Shown in pieces: positions 44,575-53,053 of a stretch of DNA of 64,000 bases. Every line of letters starts with the position of its first letter. Within the stretch, counting starts at the first letter, position 1. The DNA is taken from NCBI GenBank assembly GCA_019752125.1, contig JAIEMM010000002.1, positions 67,062 to 131,061 of the forward strand, given 5' to 3'. The translations under genes were made by a program, and so were the position numbers. Under the pieces are notes generated by a model. It saw only the letters and a program-made list of their open reading frames with translations. It was not told the DNA's origin and did no database searches. This DNA is from Patescibacteria group bacterium. Its GTDB lineage: Bacteria; Patescibacteriota; Minisyncoccia; Phycocordibacterales; SBAW01.

Positions 44575-46302
44575 CTATATACGTCGATAGATTACAAAAT
44601 CTCCGACGCGAGCCTGCTCTTTTAACACAGGGATCCTTGAGTATTCACCCACTTCCCCCGTTTGCGACACAACAAGTGTAATGTCTAGCAAGTCAAAGGC
44701 TTTGGCCCATGGCAAGGCATAAAATGCCGCATAGCCTTGGGAAAGTTTTCCAAACTCCTCTTCTGGGACAGCGGAGGGGTCACCAAACTTCTCTCGCAAC
44801 CACAACCCCCACAGACGATCGCCCACATGATGCGCTTCTGTGCGAATTGTATTTTCAAAATCTTTTGGCACTATTCCCTTTAAACGATATTCCAAGAAAA
44901 GTCGGTTCTCAAAGAATGTCTGAGGGATCGGATAGCTGCCCGCATTTACACTGTTTGGGGCATCGTCATGAGTGTAGATGGGAATAAAATCCGATGAATA
45001 TTCATCTGTCCAAACCACCTGGGGCGCTTCAATAGTATTGAGATACGCAACCAGCGGTCCATACTTTTGTTGCGACAAAGCATTCGCACGAGTGCTCTGA
45101 TACCATGGCGCCAAAAATCCCATGCTGTTGTAAACGAGAACGAGGAGCAGTGCAGCAGTAAGAGCCGGGCGGAAACGAATTGCCACAAATCGTTCAATCA
45201 GATATCCCGCAAACAACCCTGCAAGCACTCCCGCTAGAGGTTTAGTGAGGTACCAATGGTAATGACCAGGCTGAAGATATGAACCAGTGAGCATTTGTTG
45301 ATTAAGCACACACAGCAAGGCCGCTGAAATAATGAGAAAGAACACCTTGCCTGGTTTCGAAAATCCTTTTGGCCACAAAAACCCGACCACAAGCGCTATC
45401 AAGGGAAGAAGTGCTCCGAGTATAAACTCACGGCGATGAACAAGGCCGAGAAATTGTGAAAGATGTTCGTAGCCAGGCAATGCAGAAAGCGCCATGTAGT
45501 TAAAAAGGAATGGAACCGCGGCCAACAATCCTACGGTCCCGGAGAGAAATATGTATGATGCGTGCTCGTACTTTCGCTGTATAAGGAACCACCCAAACGA
45601 GAGGACCATAACAAGACCAAGAAATGTATACGTGAACGGTGTTATATAGAGCGTCGCTCCAACAAGCAGCCCGATAACAATGGTTTTCCACAACACAGCT
45701 TTTTCATGCCCGTCCGCCGTGGCAGATTGGAAAAACTCGCGGAACATACGCAACAACGAAGCAAACATAAAGATTCCTGCGATCGAGGGATTTACGAGAC
45801 GCGAAAAGAATACAAAAGGACCGCCAGAAGGACTACCTCGAAGAAGATCAAGAAATGGTGCGGGTGAAAACGCAATCAAGTTGTATCCAAACATCGGAAC
45901 CGCAGCGGCCAAAAGCGATGCAATGCGCGAACCTGAAAGCGCAAAGGCAAGCGCATAGATAAGTATGGTGATTATAAATACAGAAACTGATTTCGAAATA
46001 ATCGCTGCACGCGCAGGCTCTACATGAATTGCTTTTGCAAATAGTGCAATTATGTCCTCGCCCAAAGGCGGCGTTGCGTACGGAATATTTTTATTTGGGA
46101 GAAATGTATTACCCGCAGTACTGTGACCCTCTGACACTTCCACAATGCGCGCCAAATAATGATTTTCTGCATCGTGCATCATCATTTCTATACCCTTAAA
46201 TTCTGGCTCTCTCCACAACATAAGGTTTGGGGCAAGCACAATAAGCGCGGCAACTAAGGCGAGAGTGAGCGCAGCCCAATGTTCTTTTACGAGGAGTTTC
46301 AT
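44575..46302 (-). CDS. Polytopic membrane protein, probable GT-C-type glycosyltransferase
   Basis: Many TMs, acidic motif (DAENHY) after the first TM, soluble C-terminal domain; ATGA overlap with asnB. Confidence 0.6.
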   Translation of the reverse strand: MKLLVKEHWAALTLALVAALIVLAPNLMLWREPEFKGIEMMMHDAENHYLARIVEVSEGHSTAGNTFLPNKNIPYATPPLGEDIIALFAKAIHVEPARAAIISKSVSVFIITILIYALAFALSGSRIASLLAAAVPMFGYNLIAFSPAPFLDLLRGSPSGGPFVFFSRLVNPSIAGIFMFASLLRMFREFFQSATADGHEKAVLWKTIVIGLLVGATLYITPFTYTFLGLVMVLSFGWFLIQRKYEHASYIFLSGTVGLLAAVPFLFNYMALSALPGYEHLSQFLGLVHRREFILGALLPLIALVVGFLWPKGFSKPGKVFFLIISAALLCVLNQQMLTGSYLQPGHYHWYLTKPLAGVLAGLFAGYLIERFVAIRFRPALTAALLLVLVYNSMGFLAPWYQSTRANALSQQKYGPLVAYLNTIEAPQVVWTDEYSSDFIPIYTHDDAPNSVNAGSYPIPQTFFENRLFLEYRLKGIVPKDFENTIRTEAHHVGDRLWGLWLREKFGDPSAVPEEEFGKLSQGYAAFYALPWAKAFDLLDITLVVSQTGEVGEYSRIPVLKEQARVGDFVIYRRI

Positions 46303-48152
46303 TGTTGTACCCATTGATGATGCCATAGATGGAGCATGAGAAGCGAGAATAGTTTTTTTGAATGATTGCGCGTGCCTTCAATATGTTCTTCCACGTAGCG
46401 TGAGACTACGCGTGGCTCACACAAACCCGCCTTACGTACGTTAGATTCTGAAAGTGTCTCAGTGAGGAGCTCCTTCCACTCACCGCGCAACCACTGCCCT
46501 ACTGGCAACCCAAACCCATGTTTCTTTCTCCATGCAATAGAGTGTGGGAGTTTTTGTTCTGCAAGACGACGTAGAATATATTTGCCTCGGCCTCGATTCA
46601 ATTTTAAATGAGAAGGAAGGGTAAGCGCATATTCAGCTACTGCTCTGTCCAAAAACGGTGCCCTTGTTTCAAGCGACGCACACATGCTCGCACGGTCTGC
46701 TTTTGTTAAATACAGTTCAAGAAGAGCCCGCGAATACCACCATGAAGATTGTGTAAGTGGGGGCGCGCCAGATGCTTCTGAAAATATGTGTTCATCTCGT
46801 TTTGCAATGGAGTGTATCGTATCGCGGTGCGCCGGCGTGAGAAGCTGCGATATTTCCTGCTCTGAAAATGCCGCGAGCCATGCGTGGTGGACCTTAGGAG
46901 GCGCCTTGTCTGCCCCTTTAAGAAACTGTCGCGCCTTAAAATCAAAACTCATGTAGCCGTGTGATACCGGCAAATGATCTACTGCAGAGGAAATACCTTT
47001 CCTTACTGCCTGCGGAAGAAACTTATAGCCATGAAGAAGCTGCTGTGCAAAAAAAGTTGGATACCCTAAAAACAATTCATCACTACCATCACCTGAGAGC
47101 GCGACGGTGATTTTTTCGCGAGCAAAGCTTGAAAGAAGGTGGAGCGGGAGAGTGGCAGGATCTGCGATTGGCTCATCCACATACCCAGCCATAGTGTGGA
47201 GCGCCCCCTCTATATCTTTAGCATTAAGAATATGTTCATGGTGAATTGTGCCTATATGTTTTGCTACTTGCCGCGCATACGACGACTCATCGAAACTTTT
47301 CTCATCAAACCCAACAGAAAATGTGTGTACTTCTCCTGCAAGTTTTTTTGCATACGCTGCAATAAGAGATGAGTCGATGCCACCGGAGAGAAATACTCCG
47401 AGTGGCACATCGCTCACAAGCTGTCGCCCTACTGCTGCTTCGAGCAACGTATCGAGTTCTTTAAGAGCGACTGCTTCTGAAACAGGACTCGGCGTAAAAG
47501 ATGGGTGCCAATAGCGTTCTTCACGTAGGCCGGAACGGGTCACTACAAGGTATGTTGCCGGCGGCACTTTTGAAATATGCTCAAACATTGAAAACGGTGC
47601 CGCCGAGACATCGTATGAAAGATATGAGGCGAGCCCTTCTGAACTCACTGTATGTGCTATGCCCGTATGAGCAAAAAGAGCTTTTGGTTCAGACGCAAAC
47701 ATAAGTGTGCGCTCGGTTCGTATGTAATAAAGAGGTTTTTCTCCGAAACGATCGCGAGCAAGAAACAACGTATCGTTTGAGCCATCATAGAGACCTATAC
47801 TGAACATCCCTTCAAGGCGTGCAAACATTTTTTCTCCCTCCTCCTCAAAGAGTGCAAGTATAACTTCTGTATCTGATTGAGTAGAAAATGTACGCCCCTT
47901 TGATTCCAACTCCTTACGAAGTTCTTTGTAGTTATAGATCTCTCCGTTAAATACGATAGAGAGATTTTTCCTATGCATCGGTTGCGCTGCAGCTGGAGAA
48001 AGATCAATAATGGCAAGACGTCTGTGCGCTAAACCCACATCCTTCCCCTCCCATACGCCCTGCCCATCAGGTCCACGATGCGCAAGTATGTCATTTATGC
48101 GCGAAAGCTCGTCTTTGCTTCCTTCACCAAAATATCCACCAATGCCACACAT
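46299..48152 (-). CDS. asnB: Asparagine synthase (glutamine-hydrolysing)-like amidotransferase 1
   Basis: MCGI, HRGPD, FNGEIYN, SDTEV, LSGGIDSS and SGDGSDELF motifs. Confidence 0.92.
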   Translation of the reverse strand: MCGIGGYFGEGSKDELSRINDILAHRGPDGQGVWEGKDVGLAHRRLAIIDLSPAAAQPMHRKNLSIVFNGEIYNYKELRKELESKGRTFSTQSDTEVILALFEEEGEKMFARLEGMFSIGLYDGSNDTLFLARDRFGEKPLYYIRTERTLMFASEPKALFAHTGIAHTVSSEGLASYLSYDVSAAPFSMFEHISKVPPATYLVVTRSGLREERYWHPSFTPSPVSEAVALKELDTLLEAAVGRQLVSDVPLGVFLSGGIDSSLIAAYAKKLAGEVHTFSVGFDEKSFDESSYARQVAKHIGTIHHEHILNAKDIEGALHTMAGYVDEPIADPATLPLHLLSSFAREKITVALSGDGSDELFLGYPTFFAQQLLHGYKFLPQAVRKGISSAVDHLPVSHGYMSFDFKARQFLKGADKAPPKVHHAWLAAFSEQEISQLLTPAHRDTIHSIAKRDEHIFSEASGAPPLTQSSWWYSRALLELYLTKADRASMCASLETRAPFLDRAVAEYALTLPSHLKLNRGRGKYILRRLAEQKLPHSIAWRKKHGFGLPVGQWLRGEWKELLTETLSESNVRKAGLCEPRVVSRYVEEHIEGTRNHSKKLFSLLMLHLWHHQWVQQ

Positions 48153-48164
48153 ATACAATGCATT

Positions 48165-49124
48165 TTATACTTCCTCCTCGTATATTTGTGCAATTGAAAA
48201 TGGGCGCTTGTTTTGAGATTCGTAATACGTGCGGACAATAATTTCCGCAAGAACACCAAAAAGTACAAATTGAACGCCGACTATGACAAACAATGCCGCG
48301 AGGTTTGGAAGCGGTGTTTCAATAAGCGTAGGACCGCCGGCAAACTTGACGCCAAACGCTACACACAGAGTTACAAAACCAGCAATGATACTCACAAACC
48401 CCCAACCACCAAAGAATCGCATCGGGTGGTTGAAGTACCGACGCATAAAGGCAACAAATACCAAGTCGAGAAGTACCCGCACAATGCGCCCAAAACCGTA
48501 TTTGCTTCTACCAAACCGACGAGGCTCAAACGAGACTGGCACTTCAGCGATTAGTCCGCCACGCCACGCAGCAAATGCCGCCACAAAACGATGCATGTCG
48601 CCGTACAGACGGATATCCTGCACAACCTCTGCCTTATATGCCTTGAGTGTGCATCCGTAGTCGTGCAAGTACACACCGGTAAAAAATGATATGAGTTCGT
48701 TTGCCATAACCGATGGGAGGCGACGCGCGAAAAACTCATTTTTCCAACGGCCCTGTCGCCACCCAGACACGACTGTAAAACCCTCATCGAGTTTTTCTAC
48801 AAGTTTCGGTATGTCGCGTGGGTCGTTTTCAAGGTCAGAATCGATCGTAACTATTACGTCACCGCGCGCGCGTTCTATACCTGCCGCAAGTGCTGCTGTT
48901 TGGCCAAAATTACGTCCAAAACGGATAAGACTAACGGGCATAGTCCCCTTCTCGCGAAGGATCGCATCTACCGTGCCATCGTTTGACCCGTCATCAACCA
49001 TTACAAGCTCAAAAGAGCCGAAGGAAGGTGCCGCTTCGCGGATACGTTCAAAAAATAAAGGCATACTTTCCGCTTCGTTATACAGCGGAACTACGATGGA
49101 AAGTTTGGGCGCTCTTACGCTCAT
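48165..49124 (-). CDS. GT2 glycosyltransferase (GtrB/ArnC-like, two C-terminal TMs)
   Basis: VVPLYNE, DDGS.D, RNFGQ, DSDLEN.P motifs. Start set at ATG 49124. Confidence 0.9.
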   Translation of the reverse strand: MSVRAPKLSIVVPLYNEAESMPLFFERIREAAPSFGSFELVMVDDGSNDGTVDAILREKGTMPVSLIRFGRNFGQTAALAAGIERARGDVIVTIDSDLENDPRDIPKLVEKLDEGFTVVSGWRQGRWKNEFFARRLPSVMANELISFFTGVYLHDYGCTLKAYKAEVVQDIRLYGDMHRFVAAFAAWRGGLIAEVPVSFEPRRFGRSKYGFGRIVRVLLDLVFVAFMRRYFNHPMRFFGGWGFVSIIAGFVTLCVAFGVKFAGGPTLIETPLPNLAALFVIVGVQFVLFGVLAEIIVRTYYESQNKRPFSIAQIYEEEV

Positions 49125-49128
49125 GGCG

Positions 49129-49142
49129 GCATGGTACCATGC
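49129..49142. promoter_or_regulatory. Palindromic bidirectional extended -10 promoter
   Basis: GCATGGTACCATGC gives TGG-TACCAT on both strands, each 6 nt before a divergent ATG. Confidence 0.65.
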
Positions 49143-49146
49143 GGAC

Positions 49147-50031
49147 ATGATTATCGCGAAGCTGCAAGGAGGGTTGGGAAATCAAATGTTCCAGTACGCA
49201 TTTGGTCGTGCACTCGCAGAGAAATACGGCGTTCCACTCAAGCTGGATGTCACGATGTTTCCTTCGTATAAGTATCACAGCCTCACAATAGACAAGCTCG
49301 CAATTACCGCACCCTTCGCGACAAACTCAGAGATACGACGTTTTACAATTCATCGCCGCCGCCCGAATTGGCCGTGGAAGATTTTAAACCTATTCCTACA
49401 CAATCCTAAAAAATACGTCGTAGAAAAAACCTCCTATTACTATCCTGAAGTCCTCGAGACACAACCTCCTTGTCTAGTTGATGGCTACTGGCTTACAGAA
49501 AAATATTTCTTAGATATCGAACCCCTCATTCGAAATGAGTTTGCCATTAGAGGAGAGTCCAACGACTACACAAGACAGATGGAAGAAAAAATTAAAGCCG
49601 CAGAGCACCCTGTCATGCTCCACGTACGACGTATGGACTTTGCACACGACTCAACAATGAAGAAATTTCATGGCACCGTATCTCCTGAATATTACGAACG
49701 TTCGATCGCATATATACGTGAGCGCATTCAAAACCCGACATTCTTTGTTTTCTCCGATGATCCTGAATGGGCGCGGGCAAACATACACCCAGGCGCACCG
49801 ACAGAATATATCGGCCAAGGCGCACAGTGGAACTATCTCGACCTCTACCTTATGACACTCTGCGAACATTTCATTCTGGCTAACAGCACCTTTGGGTGGT
49901 GGGGCGCATGGCTCTCGAAGCACTATCGCAAGAATATAACCATCATGCCTAAATATATGAGCATAAAAATGGATTCTCGTGACTTGGCCTGCCCAGGATG
50001 GGTAGTCTTCGATGACAAATCACTTCGCTAG
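49147..50031 (+). CDS. GT11 alpha-1,2-fucosyltransferase-like protein
   Basis: GGLGNQMFQYA, GYW, HVRR.D, FSDD and ANSTFGWWGAWL motifs. The track ORF is over-extended; start set at 49147. Confidence 0.92.
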   Translation: MIIAKLQGGLGNQMFQYAFGRALAEKYGVPLKLDVTMFPSYKYHSLTIDKLAITAPFATNSEIRRFTIHRRRPNWPWKILNLFLHNPKKYVVEKTSYYYPEVLETQPPCLVDGYWLTEKYFLDIEPLIRNEFAIRGESNDYTRQMEEKIKAAEHPVMLHVRRMDFAHDSTMKKFHGTVSPEYYERSIAYIRERIQNPTFFVFSDDPEWARANIHPGAPTEYIGQGAQWNYLDLYLMTLCEHFILANSTFGWWGAWLSKHYRKNITIMPKYMSIKMDSRDLACPGWVVFDDKSLR

Positions 50032-50067
50032 AAATCAAAAAGGTACATGCTATACTCTTCATCACGT

Positions 50068-51357
50068 ATGAAGAAACAGGCCCAAAAGTCCGTAAAGATT
50101 ACTCCAGCTCTACGAGCCCTTATAAAGAAGGCAGTTACTGAATCTGATTGGCTCCACCATCCAGAACCGGGGCGCGTAAACAATGGTTGGCCTATGTTTG
50201 ATGAGAAGGAAGTGTTAAACGCGCTTGATGCACTTCTCAATGTTCGTATCTCGCAAGGCGTAAAAGTGCAGCTCTTCGAGGAGATGGCCGCGAAATATGT
50301 CGGTACCAAATATGCAGTTGCGTGCAACTCGGGCTCATCTGCAAACCTTCTTGCACTTACCGCACTCATTGCATCAGGCAAAGTTAAACGCGGAGATGAA
50401 GTAATAATCCCTGCCACAACATTTGCCACGGTCGCCTCGCCTATCGTCCAAGCAGGTCTTATACCGGTATACGTGGACGTTGACCAGAATTCTTGGAACC
50501 TCGATATAAAAGAAGTTGAGAAAGCTATCGGTCCTAAAACTCGCGTGCTTATGCCCGTCCACACCTTCGGCAACCCCGTCGACATGCCCGCAATTATGAA
50601 AATTGCTAAAAAGCATAAACTGATTGTGCTCGAGGACTGCTGTGAAGCACACGGTGCCGCAATAGGTAAGAAAAAGGTTGGTTCATTCGGCGACATTTCC
50701 ACACTATCGTTTTTCGTCGCCCACAACATAACCACCGGCGAGGGCGGCATGATATTTACAAACGACAAGAAGCTCGATGAACTATTGCGCTCACTCCGCG
50801 AGTTCGGCCGCGTTTCCAACGATGTAATGAAAAACGAGCGTTTTACGCATGGAGACAAGGTACTGAAAGGTTTTGACGCGCGTTATATTTTTCTTCGCTT
50901 GGGCTACAACATGCGCATGACGGATATCACAGCGTCACTTGGCATCGAACAGATCAAGAAACTCGACTCGTTCAACAAGCAGCGCATCCGCAATGTAGAG
51001 GCATATCTTAAAGCCCTTGCTCCATACGAAAAATTCTTGATATTGCCAACTATCCGCAAAGGCACGTTCCACAGCTTCTATGGCTTCCCATTCTTGATAA
51101 AGAAAGACGCCCCGTTCTCCCGAATGGACTTTGTAAAATTCCTCGAGGCGCGCGGCATAGAGACACGACCTTTCTTTGGAGGATGCCTCCCAGACCAACC
51201 CGCATTTCGTGATGAACCAAAACGTGTTGTAGGCAACCTTCCTGTAGCTCGCTGGACCCGCGACTGGAGTATTTTCGTTGGGTGCCACCCAGCTCTTACC
51301 GCCGACCACATCAAACACGTAACGAAGGCTTTTAAAGAATTCCTTTCACAGTACTAA
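50068..51357 (+). CDS. DegT/DnrJ-family PLP enzyme, RfbH/ColD-type 3-dehydratase
   Basis: NSGSSANLLA, EDCCEAHG and SFFVAHNITTGEGG, with His at the usual PLP-Lys position. Confidence 0.85.
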   Translation: MKKQAQKSVKITPALRALIKKAVTESDWLHHPEPGRVNNGWPMFDEKEVLNALDALLNVRISQGVKVQLFEEMAAKYVGTKYAVACNSGSSANLLALTALIASGKVKRGDEVIIPATTFATVASPIVQAGLIPVYVDVDQNSWNLDIKEVEKAIGPKTRVLMPVHTFGNPVDMPAIMKIAKKHKLIVLEDCCEAHGAAIGKKKVGSFGDISTLSFFVAHNITTGEGGMIFTNDKKLDELLRSLREFGRVSNDVMKNERFTHGDKVLKGFDARYIFLRLGYNMRMTDITASLGIEQIKKLDSFNKQRIRNVEAYLKALAPYEKFLILPTIRKGTFHSFYGFPFLIKKDAPFSRMDFVKFLEARGIETRPFFGGCLPDQPAFRDEPKRVVGNLPVARWTRDWSIFVGCHPALTADHIKHVTKAFKEFLSQY

Positions 51358-51361
51358 CGCT

Positions 51362-52306
51362 ATGGAAAAACGTACGCACGTGCTTGTAACGGGCGCGAGC
51401 GGATTTCTCGGCAAAACCCTTATTCCTCTTCTTGAAGAAAATGGATATGGTGTCCAAACTCTTGGGCGAGGCGAAGCTCCATTTCCCCATCTCACTCACT
51501 ACAAAGCAGATGCTTCTGTGGAAATTCCGTGTGCCGCAGTAGAACATACCGACGCCATAGTTCACCTTGCAAGCGACGTTGCTATTGCAAAGTCTATACA
51601 AGAGCCTGCGGAGCACATCAAAACAAATCTTTCCATGACATTGAATGTGCTTGAGGCCTGCAAACAAGCCGGTCGCTCCCCTCTTTTCATCTATATCTCT
51701 ACCGACCGAGTGTATGGCAAAGCAACAAACACCGTGGATGAAGAGTCTGCAGTATTCCCTGTTGAACCATACGTTGCAGCAAAATTAATGAGCGAAACTG
51801 CTGTCGCCACATATGCACACCTACTTGGTATGTCGTACGCCATTATACGCACAAGCGCCGTGTTCGGTCCCTTTCAACCACGCCGTGGTTTTATTTCAGA
51901 CATGATATGTAAAATGCTTGAGCAAGACAGTATAACGGTAGGGCCACTGCAGGGAGTTAAAAACTTTACCTATGCACGCAATTTTGCTGATTCCATTCTA
52001 CGACTACTCGAAGCTGGACCAACCGCACTCAATCGCATCTATAACATAGGCGGCGCCCCATACTCATTGAGCCACATGCTAGAAACTGCACGAAATATAA
52101 TTGAGCGGCAAGATGGAAAACACATCACCGTACATATCGATGAGTCTATAAAGATTCCTGACAAGCACGACATAGGGCCGTTTAGACTTTCAACACAAGC
52201 AGCTCAGGAACGACTGGGCTGGAAAGAGAGTGTGTCTCTTGAAGAAGGTCTTGAAAAAACGATAGACTATTTTCGGCGCACTCTTAAAAACCCGAGCAGT
52301 ATGTAG
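51362..52306 (+). CDS. NAD-dependent NDP-sugar epimerase/reductase
   Basis: TGASGFLG, ST..VYG and YVAAK motifs. Confidence 0.88.
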   Translation: MEKRTHVLVTGASGFLGKTLIPLLEENGYGVQTLGRGEAPFPHLTHYKADASVEIPCAAVEHTDAIVHLASDVAIAKSIQEPAEHIKTNLSMTLNVLEACKQAGRSPLFIYISTDRVYGKATNTVDEESAVFPVEPYVAAKLMSETAVATYAHLLGMSYAIIRTSAVFGPFQPRRGFISDMICKMLEQDSITVGPLQGVKNFTYARNFADSILRLLEAGPTALNRIYNIGGAPYSLSHMLETARNIIERQDGKHITVHIDESIKIPDKHDIGPFRLSTQAAQERLGWKESVSLEEGLEKTIDYFRRTLKNPSSM

Positions 52307-53004
52307 TACTGGTAGAAGCCCCAAAGATACCAATAGAGATAGGATTTAATCCATCCCATAAGTGCGAAGCGTGAGGTTCCAACTGTCCTCTCAGTCCACT
52401 GTACTGGCACTTCAGCTATTGTTTCCCCTGAAAGATACGCTTTGAGCGTAAGCTCTATTGCGTAGGTAAAGCCTCGGGTTGACTCTATTGGCGTCTTCTT
52501 GAGAAATGATGTGCGGAAAAGTTTTGTGGCATATGTTGCATCATGAGTTGGAAGTCCAACAAGGAGGTAGAGAGAAAGGCCTGCTGTCCGCGAAAGAATT
52601 GCTTTGATTGTTCCACTGCTGCCGTGCGAACCGCCAGGCATATAGCGAGACGCAGCCACAACCGCTGCACCCGTTTCATTCATACGAGCATACATCGCAT
52701 CTACCTGACTGATAATCTCAACTGGGTCGTCTGCCATGAGCACAAGTGCAGCAGAAGCTTCAGCGCGCGCAAGACCAGTTTTCATTGCGCCTAAAACTTT
52801 TGTACCTTCGTTTACTATGAGGACGACGCGAGGGTCTTTTTCTGCAATCGGGCGAGCAACTTGAAGCGTTGTGTCTTCTAGAAAATCGTACACAACCAGC
52901 ACTCGCCATGGAGTGTGGACATGCGCACAGAGGTTTTTATACAGAGTTTCAAAATTCTCCTTTTCGTTATACACCGGGACAACAATATCCAAGCCGTTTT
53001 CCAT
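52267..53004 (-). CDS. GT2 polyprenol-phosphate glycosyltransferase (DPM1-like)
   Basis: VVPVYNE, MADD, ASRY..GG, D.T...K and ERT.G.S motifs. Confidence 0.85.
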   Translation of the reverse strand: MENGLDIVVPVYNEKENFETLYKNLCAHVHTPWRVLVVYDFLEDTTLQVARPIAEKDPRVVLIVNEGTKVLGAMKTGLARAEASAALVLMADDPVEIISQVDAMYARMNETGAAVVAASRYMPGGSHGSSGTIKAILSRTAGLSLYLLVGLPTHDATYATKLFRTSFLKKTPIESTRGFTYAIELTLKAYLSGETIAEVPVQWTERTVGTSRFALMGWIKSYLYWYLWGFYQYYILLGFLRVRRK

Positions 53005-53053
53005 ATACGCGAGATGGTAGCACGTTTGCAAGGCACATCCTATACTTAAAGCC

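Noticed and set aside
45709-45730. Degenerate TCCGCC-GT-GGCAGA hairpin in the membrane protein gene (QSATADG)
   Set aside because: Stem is only about 6 bp with a mismatch, within chance expectation.
48691-49146. 152-aa N-terminal extension of the GT11 ORF
   Set aside because: It overlaps the GT2 gene on the opposite strand; GT11 homology begins at MIIAKLQGGLGNQ (49147).
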